Assembly: GCA_965208575.1 (NCBI GenBank)
Contig: CBDBOV010000004.1
Span: forward strand, 672,001 to 736,000
DNA length: 64,000 nucleotides
Source: Spirochaetia bacterium
GTDB taxonomy: Bacteria > Spirochaetota > Spirochaetia > SZUA-6 > Bin103
Direction: 5' to 3'
The notes under the pieces were generated by a model. The model was given only the letters and a program-made list of their open reading frames with translations. It did no database searches and was not told the DNA's origin. Position 1 is the stretch's first letter. Each line of letters starts with the position of its first letter. A program made the translations under genes and the position numbers. Shown here piece by piece: positions 49,399-58,791 of this stretch.

Positions 49399-49705
49399 TG
49401 GCTAACAAGGTCGCAGCCTCGCCGGGCCGCGTCAAGATGAAGTCGCCGACCCCGCCGGCCCGCATGCAAACAAACCTGCGCGCTTGCTTGACGGATGGTC
49501 ATGCTACGCTCACACTACCGACCAACGACGCGGCGCCGGGTTGGTCGGCGGCGGATCGGAACGGCGGGTTTATGTGGATTGAATATGAACAATTTGTCTA
49601 TCGTCATGCGCCGGCGCGGCCATTCCGGCGCATGCCGGACGGCCAGGGACCGAGACGCCAGCGACGTGGTTGGACGACACTCCCCGGACAGGACAGCTCT
49701 GACTG

Positions 49706-49936
49706 ATGCCGCGTGCTGACCGGGGGGCAAGAAACATCAATACCAGGGTTCGCGACCTGGTGGCCGATCTCGAAGCGGCGGTAGACGATGCGGAATTGAT
49801 CGTCGACCAGCACCTGCTCGACCGGATCACCAATCTCAACCAGGTGTTCGCGACGCTTCACCGGCAGGGCCCGCAACGGCTGCGCCAGGCGCGCTCCGCC
49901 ACTTCCCGCCGGCGGACCAAGCGCGACGCAAGCTGA
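49706..49936 (+). CDS. Small hypothetical protein or gene fragment
   Basis: Helical, GC3-rich stretch 'RVRDLVADLEAAVDDAELIVDQHLLDRITNLNQVFATL'; start unclear. Confidence 0.35.
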   Translation: MPRADRGARNINTRVRDLVADLEAAVDDAELIVDQHLLDRITNLNQVFATLHRQGPQRLRQARSATSRRRTKRDAS

Positions 49937-50017
49937 CCGGCGCCGGGCGGCCGGCCGCTATCCCGCCGCCGCCGTGATGCTGCCGTTGCGCGGGTCGCCG
50001 CTGCCGGGGTCGCGGCC

Positions 50018-51439
50018 GTGAACTTCGCCTGGGAACTGTTCGTCGACCTCGGGATCATCGCGGCCGCGCTGGTCATCGCTACGCTGCTGCGCGCCCGGGT
50101 GCGGTTCTTCCAATCCTTCCTCATTCCCAACGCGATCATCGCCGGCCTGTTGCTGCTGCCGTTCTACAACTGGGTCGCACCGCTTCTCGGCATCGGCCGC
50201 GACGGTTTGCAGGACCTGGTCTTCCACCTGCTCAACCTCACCTTCATCGCCATCGCCCTGCGCCCAAGTCCGCCGCGGCAGCGGTCCCGGGCCGTCCTCG
50301 GCACCGCCACCGTGATCATCTCGCAGTTCGCCCTGCAGGGCCTGTTCGGTCTGGGCCTGACCTTCCTGTTCATCGTCCTGCCGATGCTGCCGGCGCTGTT
50401 TCCGAGCTACGGGTTCCTGGTCACGCTCGGCTACGTGCTCGGGCCGGGGCAGGCGTTCTCGATCGGGCTGAGCTGGCAGCCGCTGGGATTTGCCGACGCC
50501 GCCAGCCTGGGGCTGATCTTCGGCGCCACCGGGTTCCTGGTGGCGTGCTTCGGCGGGCTGGCGCTGATCAACCTCGGCATGCGCCGCGGCTACCTCAAGC
50601 TGGACGCCGGCGAGATCCGCGCCCGGCGTTCCGAGCCGGGGCTGCTTGCGCCCGGCGAACCGCGGCCGGTCGGTCTGCGGCAGACCACGCGCAGCGAAGC
50701 GATCGACACGCTGTCGCTCATGCTGGCGGCGGTGTTCGGCGTCTACCTGCTCACCTACCTGCTGCTGCGCGGTCTCACGGGCGTGCTGATGCCGCTCGGC
50801 GGCGCGGTGGCACAGATCGCCGAGGGACTGTGGGGCATAGCCTTCGTGTTCGGCCTGCTGGTGGCGCTGCTGCTGAGAGCGGTGCTGCGCGCTACCGGGT
50901 GGGACCACCTGCTGGAGGAGCGCGGACTGACGCGGATCAGCGGCGGTGCGGTGGACTTCATGGTGGCGGCGGCCCTCGGCGCCATCGCGATCAGCGTGGT
51001 GCGCACCAACTGGCTGCCGATCGTCGTGTTCGCGCTGCTGATGGCCGCGCTGGCGGCGCTGTCGATCATGTGGCTCGGGTCGCGCCTGTTCGCGGGCGAC
51101 TTTGCGTTCGAACGCGTGGTGCTGTTCTGGGGCACGCTGACCGGAACTCTGAGTACCGGTCTGGCGCTGCTGCGCGCGGTAGACCCGGAGTTCAAGACGC
51201 CGGCCGCCTCCGACTACCTGTATGCCTCCGCGCTCACCTTCTTCCTGGTACTGCCGCTGATCCTGGTGGCGGGGTTCCCGGCGCTCGCGTACGCCAACGG
51301 CAACCGCACGCTCTACCTGGTCACGGTGGCGGTGCTGCTGCTGTACGTGGCGCTGGTCGCGGCCGCCCACGCGCTGCTGTGCCGGCGGGCCGGGCGGCGC
51401 GGATTCGCCGGCCTTGCGCGCCTGTGGAGCGCGGACTAG
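50018..51439 (+). CDS. Sodium:glutamate symporter (GltS/ESS family)
   Basis: 'FQSFLIPNAIIAG', 'GGAVDFMVAAAL', 'GTLTGTLSTGLALLRAVDP'. Confidence 0.85.
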   Translation: MNFAWELFVDLGIIAAALVIATLLRARVRFFQSFLIPNAIIAGLLLLPFYNWVAPLLGIGRDGLQDLVFHLLNLTFIAIALRPSPPRQRSRAVLGTATVIISQFALQGLFGLGLTFLFIVLPMLPALFPSYGFLVTLGYVLGPGQAFSIGLSWQPLGFADAASLGLIFGATGFLVACFGGLALINLGMRRGYLKLDAGEIRARRSEPGLLAPGEPRPVGLRQTTRSEAIDTLSLMLAAVFGVYLLTYLLLRGLTGVLMPLGGAVAQIAEGLWGIAFVFGLLVALLLRAVLRATGWDHLLEERGLTRISGGAVDFMVAAALGAIAISVVRTNWLPIVVFALLMAALAALSIMWLGSRLFAGDFAFERVVLFWGTLTGTLSTGLALLRAVDPEFKTPAASDYLYASALTFFLVLPLILVAGFPALAYANGNRTLYLVTVAVLLLYVALVAAAHALLCRRAGRRGFAGLARLWSAD

Positions 51440-51530
51440 CAGCGGCCGCCGGCGACAGCCCCGCGCTGCCGCGGCCGCTCCTCGCCGCGGAGCGACCGCC
51501 GGATGCCGGCGCACGGGGCCGCCGAGAGGC

Positions 51531-51905
51531 TCACCCCCCGGCGCGCTTCGCCGGCCAGCCGCGGGCGGCAAGCTCGGCGACCAGCAGGTCGCGATGGTCG
51601 CCCTGGATCTCGATGGTCCCGTCCCGGACCGTTCCCCCGGAGCCGCAGCGGCGCTTCAGTTCGCTGGCCAGTTGCGACAGTTCCACGGCGCTCAGAGGCA
51701 GTCCGGTAATCACCGTCACCCCGCTGCCCTTGCGGCCCCTGGTCTGCCGTCCGACCCGCACCGGGCCCGCCGCCGGCGGGCGCCGCGTACGCCGCTCCCC
51801 GGCACACGTGCACCGCGCCACCGGACGCCCACAGGCCCGGCACAGCCGCCCTTGGTCGCTGGAGTAGACAAAGCCGTCGCCGCCGCGCCGGCGGGAGCGA
51901 CTCAT
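51531..51905 (-). CDS. yciH: Translation initiation factor SUI1/YciH
   Basis: 'GRKGSGVTVITGL...LKRRCGSGGTVRDGTIEIQGDHR'. Confidence 0.93.
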   Translation of the reverse strand: MSRSRRRGGDGFVYSSDQGRLCRACGRPVARCTCAGERRTRRPPAAGPVRVGRQTRGRKGSGVTVITGLPLSAVELSQLASELKRRCGSGGTVRDGTIEIQGDHRDLLVAELAARGWPAKRAGG

Positions 51906-51936
51906 CGCGGCACCGGCGGCACGCGCGGGTGCCCTG

Positions 51937-53757
51937 CTATACCGCGGTGACCGGAGCTTCGCCGCGCTGGCGTTGGAACACCTTCATCAGCTTCTCGAAG
52001 AACTGCTTGCGGTCCGCCTCGGTCACCACTTGCGACGAGAACCAGCGCGTCCAGCTCAGCGCGTCGGCCAGGTGGCCGAGCGCCTCGGCCGTGCCGATGC
52101 GGCGCAACTGCTCGCCGGCGAACGCTGCCACGTAGGGCTCCTGGTCGTTGACCGCGCGCGCGAGCGCGGCCGTCGCCTCCGGAGTCCGCGCGTCGATGCG
52201 GATCAACGCCTGTACCGCCACGTTGCGCAACTGCGAGCGGGTAATGCCGACCTCGAACAACGGTTCGCCGCCATCCTCGCTGTCGAGCACCGGTATCAGC
52301 GCGTCGATAATCGGCGCCGGCGGCGTGCCGATCATGCCGAGCGCGGAGATGGCGTGAAACCGTACCGGAGCGGTGTCTTCGCGCACCGCCGCGATCAGGG
52401 TGTCCACCGCGCCGGCGGCCGCCGCTCCCATCTCGCCGAGGCCGTAAGCGGCGCTCGCGCGCACGTGCTCGGCGGGGTCGCCGAGCGCCGCCATCAGCGG
52501 CGCGACCGCGGGGGCTCCGATGGTGGCCAACGCGTCGGCTGCGTGGTTGATGTTGAGCACCTGGTTGCGATCGAAGTAGTCGGCGCCCTCCTGCAGCATC
52601 GGCAGCAGGTGCGCAATGGCTGCCGCGCCGGCGGCGCCGAGCGCGTACAGGGCGTTCAGCCGCACCGGCTCGAAGGTGTCGCGCAGCGCGCCGCACAGCG
52701 GCTCCGCCACGGTCTCGGCAACCCGCTCGTCACGCGCGGCCGCAAAGCCGAGCGCGTTCGCCGCGTCTGCGCGCCCGAGGTCGTCGCCCGAAGCGAGCTC
52801 CGCGAGTTGCTCCTCCACCGCACCGGAGTCCGCGCCGGAGCCGCGCGCGAAGCGGTCCGCGCTGCCGCGCAGCCAGTTCCAGATCGAGCTCCATACAATC
52901 TCGTTGTCGGGAGCGTTGTCGGGCAGCGCGGGTGTCTGCCAGTGCACGGTGGTAGAATTCCAGCTCGGAGCGCTCGGGTTGCGGGTGCGCATGAACACGA
53001 ACTTGTGGCCGTAACGCATCCGTTCCATCAGGTTGGCGAGCACCGAGTGGCCGACGTCGAAGTGCATGATCGACACCGTGCCCATCGGGCAGGACAACGG
53101 CAGCAGCTCGCGGTACACGTAGCTGTCCGGCAGCAGCAGCGAGCCGCCGGACCCGGTCTCGGGAACGGGAATCTTCGAGTCCTTGTTGGGGAATTGCAGG
53201 TCCATGTCGTGCGTGAGCACGTTGTGGTACTGGGAGCGCGGAATCACCGCGGTCGGCCCCTGGTCCTGCGGGCAATCCTGCGGATAGTAGAAGATGATCG
53301 CCCAGCGCGGCACGCGATGGCGCGGCTTGGCGCCGTTGGCGTGGCCGTCCTTGTGCGGGATCATGGTCAGCCGCGGCCCGGCATCGTCATCGGCCCCATC
53401 CGCGCCGTTGCCGGTGCCGGAGCCGTTGCCGTTGCCGCCGACCGGGTAGTTGGGGTGGCAATGCCGATGCGGGTGCAGCAGGTAGTCGGGACCGAGGATG
53501 CTGGTCAGCGCGCCGACCACCTCCGGCGCTTCGAGTACTTGGCGCAGCTCGGGAATCATCGGTACGATGTTGTTCTGTGGATTGCGGTCGAAATCCTTGC
53601 GCGGGTCGCTGGTGCCCGCGAACAGGCCTTCTGAGCGGTTGAAAATCGCTTCATGGACCGCGGCCGGCAGGTGGGTCTGCACCTGCACGTAACCATCCAC
53701 GATGAAGCCGCGCATCTGCTCATCGGTCAGGAGAAAGCGGGGATCGATCTTGTTCAT
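51937..53757 (-). CDS. PhyH-like dioxygenase fused to HEAT/PBS-lyase repeats
   Basis: 'FIVDGY...HRHCH...PHKD...YYPQD...GPTAVIPRS', then HEAT repeats 'VRLNALYALG', 'VRASAAYGLGEMG'. Confidence 0.82.
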   Translation of the reverse strand: MNKIDPRFLLTDEQMRGFIVDGYVQVQTHLPAAVHEAIFNRSEGLFAGTSDPRKDFDRNPQNNIVPMIPELRQVLEAPEVVGALTSILGPDYLLHPHRHCHPNYPVGGNGNGSGTGNGADGADDDAGPRLTMIPHKDGHANGAKPRHRVPRWAIIFYYPQDCPQDQGPTAVIPRSQYHNVLTHDMDLQFPNKDSKIPVPETGSGGSLLLPDSYVYRELLPLSCPMGTVSIMHFDVGHSVLANLMERMRYGHKFVFMRTRNPSAPSWNSTTVHWQTPALPDNAPDNEIVWSSIWNWLRGSADRFARGSGADSGAVEEQLAELASGDDLGRADAANALGFAAARDERVAETVAEPLCGALRDTFEPVRLNALYALGAAGAAAIAHLLPMLQEGADYFDRNQVLNINHAADALATIGAPAVAPLMAALGDPAEHVRASAAYGLGEMGAAAAGAVDTLIAAVREDTAPVRFHAISALGMIGTPPAPIIDALIPVLDSEDGGEPLFEVGITRSQLRNVAVQALIRIDARTPEATAALARAVNDQEPYVAAFAGEQLRRIGTAEALGHLADALSWTRWFSSQVVTEADRKQFFEKLMKVFQRQRGEAPVTAV

Positions 53758-53843
53758 GGCACCACCGAGGATAGCAAATCACCGGCGGTTGCGGCGACCG
53801 GCGCCCACGCGGGCGCGCAACCGGCACCACGGAGAGAAATGAC

Positions 53844-54860
53844 ATGGAAACCCGCATCTACGTTGCCCGCCAACTGCGCAACCCCGAGTTCGCTTCCGCC
53901 GCCCGCTCCGTGGGATTGCAGCAGCTCGCCACGCTGGCCAGGGTCGAGGATCAGCCGCCCGCGCTGACCGCCGAGCACGCCGCCGGCGTGGTGGCGGTGA
54001 TCGCCGACTCGGCGCCGTTTCATGAGGGCTTCTACGCCGCGGCCGACGAGTTGCGCGTGGTGGCGCGCTGGGGCGTCGGCTTCGACCAGGTGAACGTGGC
54101 CGCGGCCACCCGCCACGGCGTGCTGATCACCGTTACCCCCGTGCACATGGACACGGTCGCGGAGTACACCATCGGGCAGTGGCTGGCGACCATGAAACGC
54201 ACCTACACGCTGAATCGCAACGCGCATGCCGACGACACCCGCGTGCTGCGCTGCTACGACGTGCGCGGCTCCACGCTCGGCCTGTACGGATTCGGGCGCA
54301 TCGGCCAGGAGGTGGCGCAGCGCGCGCTGCCGCTGCTCGGTCCCGGCGGCCGCCTGCTGGTGTACGACACCCGCCCCGACATCGAGGAGCTGGCGCTGCG
54401 CTGCGGAGTGGTGGCGGTATCTGCCCCGGAGGCGTTGTTTCGCGTCTGCGACACGGTGTCGCTGCACGTTTCCGGAGACGCCACCATCGTCGGCGCGGAC
54501 CTGCTGGCACAGATGCAGCCGCACGCATCGCTGATCAATCCGTCGCGCGGCAACCTGGTCGACGACGCCGCCGTGCACGCGGCGATCGAGGACGGCACGC
54601 TGTACTACTACGTGGTCGACGATCCGCTGAACGGCTCGCGCGCCATCCATCACCATCATCCGCGCATCATCGCCACCAACCACAGCGCCGGCATCACCGT
54701 CGAGTCCTCGGCCCGCCTCGACCGGGCGACCTTCGACCAGGTGAGCGCGGCCGTTGCCGGGCGCCGCCCGGCGCACATTCTCAACCCGAAGGCGCTCGAC
54801 CATCCGCGCGTCGCAGGCTGGCTCGCCGCCACCGGTTCACCCGACACCGAACAGGAGTAA
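53844..54860 (+). CDS. D-isomer-specific 2-hydroxyacid dehydrogenase family protein
   Basis: 'VVARWGVGFDQVN', 'GLYGFGRIG', 'INPSRG'. Confidence 0.88.
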   Translation: METRIYVARQLRNPEFASAARSVGLQQLATLARVEDQPPALTAEHAAGVVAVIADSAPFHEGFYAAADELRVVARWGVGFDQVNVAAATRHGVLITVTPVHMDTVAEYTIGQWLATMKRTYTLNRNAHADDTRVLRCYDVRGSTLGLYGFGRIGQEVAQRALPLLGPGGRLLVYDTRPDIEELALRCGVVAVSAPEALFRVCDTVSLHVSGDATIVGADLLAQMQPHASLINPSRGNLVDDAAVHAAIEDGTLYYYVVDDPLNGSRAIHHHHPRIIATNHSAGITVESSARLDRATFDQVSAAVAGRRPAHILNPKALDHPRVAGWLAATGSPDTEQE

Positions 54861-54864
54861 CCCC

Positions 54865-56166
54865 ATGATCACCATCACCGGGCTGGACGCCCGCGACATC
54901 CGCTTTCCCACCTCCGACAACCTGGACGGATCCGACGCCGTACACACCGATCCCGACTATTCGGCTGCCTACGTGACCCTGCGCACCAGCCGGGAAGGCC
55001 TGGAGGGGCACGGCATCACGTTCACGCTCGGCCGCGGCACCGAGATCTGCATCACCGCCATCCACGCCCTGCAGCACCTGGTAGTGGGCCGGCGCATGGA
55101 GGAGATCGCCGCCGACATGGGCGGCTTCTGGCGCACCCTCACCAACGACAGCCAACTGCGCTGGATCGGCCCCGAGAAGGGGGCGATCCACATGGCCACC
55201 GCCGCCATCGTCAACGCGGTGTGGGACCTGTACGCCAAGTGGCAGGGCAAGCCGTTGTGGCGCCTGCTGGCGGAGATGAGTCCGGAGGAACTGGTCGCGT
55301 GCGTGGACTTCCGCTACCTGAGCGAGGCGTTGACGCGCGCCGAAGCGCTCGACCTGCTGCGCCGTCACGCCCCCGGCAAGGCGCAGCGCACGGCACAGTT
55401 GCGCGAAATCGGGCTGCCCACCTACACCTCTTCGGCGGGCTGGCTCGGCTACAGCGAGAGCAAGGTTCGCGCCCTGTGCCGGGAGTACCGCGCCGCCGGC
55501 TGGCGCGCCTTCAAGATGAAGGTGGGCTCGGACGACGAACAGAACGTGGCCCGCGCGGCGGTGCTGCGCGAGGAGATCGGACCCGACTGCCACCTCATGA
55601 TGGACGCCAACCAGGTATGGGACGTGCCCGAGGCAATCGCCCACATGGAGCCGCTGGCGCGGTTCGACCCGTTGTGGATCGAGGAGCCCACCAACCCCGA
55701 CGATGCCATCGGGCATGGCGCCATTGCCAGGGCGATCGCGCCGATCGGCGTGGCGACCGGCGAGCACTGTCCCAACCGGGTGGTGTTCAAGCAGCTCATG
55801 CAGGCCGGCGGCCTCGCCTTCTGCCAGATCGACGCCTGCCGGCTCGGCGGCGTGAACGAGGTGCTGGCCGTGCTGCTGCTGGCCGCCCGTTTCGGCATCC
55901 CGGTGTGCCCGCATGCCGGCGGCGTCGGGCTGTGCGAGTACGTGCAGCACCTGTCGGCGTTCAACTACGTGGCGGTGGCGCCGAGCCTGGATGGCGTGAT
56001 GATCGAGTACTCCGACCACCTGCACGAGCACTTCATCCACCCGGTAGTGGTGCGCAACGCCCGCTACCTGCTGCCCGAGGCGCCCGGCTACAGCATCACC
56101 ATGAAGGGCGAATCGCTTGCGCGCTACCAGTTCCCGACCGGCGCGGAGTGGGTGCGGCGCCGATAG
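54865..56166 (+). CDS. L-fuconate dehydratase (enolase superfamily, ENOSF1/rTS-like)
   Basis: 'DIRFPTS..LDGSDA...PDYSAAYV', 'KMKVG', 'MDANQ.W', 'WIEEPT', 'CPHAGGVGLCEYVQH'. Confidence 0.9.
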   Translation: MITITGLDARDIRFPTSDNLDGSDAVHTDPDYSAAYVTLRTSREGLEGHGITFTLGRGTEICITAIHALQHLVVGRRMEEIAADMGGFWRTLTNDSQLRWIGPEKGAIHMATAAIVNAVWDLYAKWQGKPLWRLLAEMSPEELVACVDFRYLSEALTRAEALDLLRRHAPGKAQRTAQLREIGLPTYTSSAGWLGYSESKVRALCREYRAAGWRAFKMKVGSDDEQNVARAAVLREEIGPDCHLMMDANQVWDVPEAIAHMEPLARFDPLWIEEPTNPDDAIGHGAIARAIAPIGVATGEHCPNRVVFKQLMQAGGLAFCQIDACRLGGVNEVLAVLLLAARFGIPVCPHAGGVGLCEYVQHLSAFNYVAVAPSLDGVMIEYSDHLHEHFIHPVVVRNARYLLPEAPGYSITMKGESLARYQFPTGAEWVRRR

Positions 56167-56198
56167 CTGACGCGGCCCGGAACGCGGGAGTCACCGGG

Positions 56199-56957
56199 TC
56201 AGGCGGTAAACAGCGACCCGCGCACGCAGCGCGCCTCGTCGGATGCCAGGAAGGCGAACACCGGCGCGACTGCGTCTGCCGGAACCAGGCCGCGCATCTC
56301 GCGCTCGAACGCGGCCCGGTCGCCGTCGTGTGCCAACACCGCGCGCAACTGCGCCTCCTTGAGCGGCGTCTCGACCGAGCCCGGACACACGTCGTGCACG
56401 CGGATGCCGTGCGGCGCCAGCCGTTGCGCCAGCACCAGGCTCAGGCCGTGCGTCGCCCCCTTGCTCGAACCGTAGGCGAAGGATGAGCTGCCGCCGGTGA
56501 CGCCCGCTCCCGAGCTGCACAGCACGATGACGCCGGACCCGGCGGCGATCATCGGCTCGGCAACCTGCTTGCTGACCAGGTAGGATCCCTTCAGATTGAC
56601 GTCGATCACTTCGTCCCACACCGCGTCCGGGAACGACGGCAACGCCACCGCGGCACCCTGCAGGATGCCGGCCAGGTGCAGCAGCACGTCGACGCCGCCG
56701 CCGAACCAGTCCAGCGCCTGACCCACCGCGGCCGCGACCTGTCCGCCGTCGCGTACGTCGGCATGCCAGAAGCGGGCGCGGCCGCCCGACCGGCATATCT
56801 CGTCGACGATCGACCGGCCGCCGCCGTCGTTGATGTCCAGCGCCGCCACCCGGGCGCCCTCGGCCGCCGTCAGCCGCGCGGTGGCGCGGCCGATTCCGGT
56901 AGCCGCGCCGGTTACGATGATCCTCTTGTCCGCAAGACGCACGGTTAACCCTGACAC
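56199..56957 (-). CDS. SDR family oxidoreductase
   Basis: 'VTGAATGIG', 'YGSSKG', 'VCPGSVET'; start is GTG 56957 or 56942. Confidence 0.9.
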   Translation of the reverse strand: MSGLTVRLADKRIIVTGAATGIGRATARLTAAEGARVAALDINDGGGRSIVDEICRSGGRARFWHADVRDGGQVAAAVGQALDWFGGGVDVLLHLAGILQGAAVALPSFPDAVWDEVIDVNLKGSYLVSKQVAEPMIAAGSGVIVLCSSGAGVTGGSSSFAYGSSKGATHGLSLVLAQRLAPHGIRVHDVCPGSVETPLKEAQLRAVLAHDGDRAAFEREMRGLVPADAVAPVFAFLASDEARCVRGSLFTA

Positions 56958-57039
56958 GTTTGCGCGGCGCTCAACCAGCCCCGCCCGGCAGCGCGCCGGC
57001 GACCGGCACGGCGGCGGGCAAGCGGTGTAGGATGGCGCC

Positions 57040-57969
57040 ATGCGCCTCGGGCTGTTCCTGATCCTGCCGCAACCGCCGGGCATGTCGCAGCAGCAGGTGT
57101 TCGCGGCGGCCCTCGATGACGCGGTCGCGGCGGAGCGGCTGGGGTTCGACAGTGTCTGGGTCACCGAACATCACGGCTCCGGTTACGGCCTCAGCGCCGC
57201 CCCGTCGGTGGTTGCCGGGGCCATCGCCGCCCGCACCTCGCGCGTGGACATCGGCTACGCGGTAAACGTGACGCCGCTGCACGCGCCGGTGCGGCTGGCC
57301 GAAGAGATCGCCACCGTGGACCAGATTTCCGGCGGCCGGGTGATCGCCGGCTTCGGTCCGGGATACTCGCCGGCCGAGTTCCGGACCATGGGGGCCGACT
57401 TCGCGTCGCGCCACCGCGCGCATCGCACCGCCGTCGCCGCGGTGATCGACCAGTGGCGCTGCGGCGGCGGCGTGCGCCCGCGCCAGGCCCCGCATCCACC
57501 GGTCGCGGTAACCGGCGCCGTACCTGAAGCGGCCTCGTGGGCGGCGCGGCGCGGCTTCGACCTGCTCACCCTTGGCGACGAGCAGCACACTGCGCGCCTG
57601 CTGCGCGCCTATCGCCCCGACGCGGCGCCGGACGCCGGCAGCAGCCGGACTGGACGCTTCTGCCTGCTGCGCAGCATGTGCGCCGTCGCGCAGGACGGCG
57701 AAGCCGCGCCGCCGCCGGTGCGCGAGGCGATCCGGTGGACGCTCGCTCACCGCCAGCGGATGGTGGAACAGCCGCCGCCGACCGAGGTGCAGGTCGACGA
57801 ATACCTGCGCGCGCGGGCAGTGATCGGTACGCCGGGGGCGCTGCAGAGCCACGTGCGGCGCCTGGCGGCCGCCGGTATCGACGAGTTGCTGTGCTGGTGC
57901 CGGTGGGGCATGCTCGGCGACCGCACGGTTCGCGCCACCATGCAGGCGCTCGCCGGCGGCGCGGCATAG
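57040..57969 (+). CDS. LLM class flavin-dependent oxidoreductase
   Basis: 'AERLGFDSVWVTEHH', 'PVRLAEEIATVDQISGGR'. Confidence 0.9.
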   Translation: MRLGLFLILPQPPGMSQQQVFAAALDDAVAAERLGFDSVWVTEHHGSGYGLSAAPSVVAGAIAARTSRVDIGYAVNVTPLHAPVRLAEEIATVDQISGGRVIAGFGPGYSPAEFRTMGADFASRHRAHRTAVAAVIDQWRCGGGVRPRQAPHPPVAVTGAVPEAASWAARRGFDLLTLGDEQHTARLLRAYRPDAAPDAGSSRTGRFCLLRSMCAVAQDGEAAPPPVREAIRWTLAHRQRMVEQPPPTEVQVDEYLRARAVIGTPGALQSHVRRLAAAGIDELLCWCRWGMLGDRTVRATMQALAGGAA

Positions 57970-58058
57970 CGCGGGATTCCGGCATTCGGCGGCCATCCCT
58001 TGCCATGTACCCAACATGGTGCCACCTTATAGTCGTGCATCGGTTGCCGTTCGCCGTC

Positions 58059-58772
58059 ATGTTCCGGAGCATCGCCGCCCTAGGGCTGGCACTTTCCCTC
58101 TCGACCCTGCTGGGATGCGACCCCGACAGTTGGCGCCCGTTGACCATGGCCCAGCGTGCGGAGCGGCGCCTCGACTTCGTGGTGCATGCCGAAGACAGCG
58201 AGGCGCTGGTGCAGGAGTTCGAGGCGTTTCTGCGCGATCCGCAGCCGCCTCCCCCGGATGACCGCCCCATGACGTGGCGCGACCTGCGCGTGCTGCTGAA
58301 CTCCTGGCGCAATCCGGCCGCGCAGCAGACCGACAGCGACTTCCGGCTGTCCCTGCAGCGCACCGAAGAAAAGGGCGCCGAGACGGTGATCAAACCGGTG
58401 CGCGGCGATCAATTTCCGATCAAGGTGCTCTACTTCCGCGACGAGACGTTCTTCCTGCTCGACCAGGTGCAGGAACGCCACATCCTGTTCCGCTGCCTGT
58501 TGCCCGACGGGGAAGTGATTGCCGCCGGCTCGCGCCTGCCGTGGAACCCGCGCATCAACAGTTCCAATGACGAGGTGGAGACGACCATTCGGGTGTATGC
58601 GTTCTGGGGGTTCGACAGCCCCGACCGCAGCACCAGGATGAACCGCCAGCACCTCGCCGACTGCCTGGAACTGTTTTCCGACAGCAGCCAACGCCTGCGC
58701 CGCAAGATCGGCGAGAACGAGGTGGAGCGGGTGCAGCAGGTGCACGACCTGTTTTTCCAGGTCACGCGCTGA
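58059..58772 (+). CDS. Hypothetical lipoprotein
   Basis: Signal peptide 'MFRSIAALGLALSLSTLLG-C' with lipobox; strong GC3 bias. Confidence 0.72.
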   Translation: MFRSIAALGLALSLSTLLGCDPDSWRPLTMAQRAERRLDFVVHAEDSEALVQEFEAFLRDPQPPPPDDRPMTWRDLRVLLNSWRNPAAQQTDSDFRLSLQRTEEKGAETVIKPVRGDQFPIKVLYFRDETFFLLDQVQERHILFRCLLPDGEVIAAGSRLPWNPRINSSNDEVETTIRVYAFWGFDSPDRSTRMNRQHLADCLELFSDSSQRLRRKIGENEVERVQQVHDLFFQVTR

Positions 58773-58791
58773 ACCGGCGGCCGGCAGACAG

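Noticed and set aside
49572-49720. TGA-containing frames (e.g. 'DAAC-TGA') as another selenoprotein
   Set aside because: The read-through product is not protein-like and there is no recognisable Cys-homolog family.
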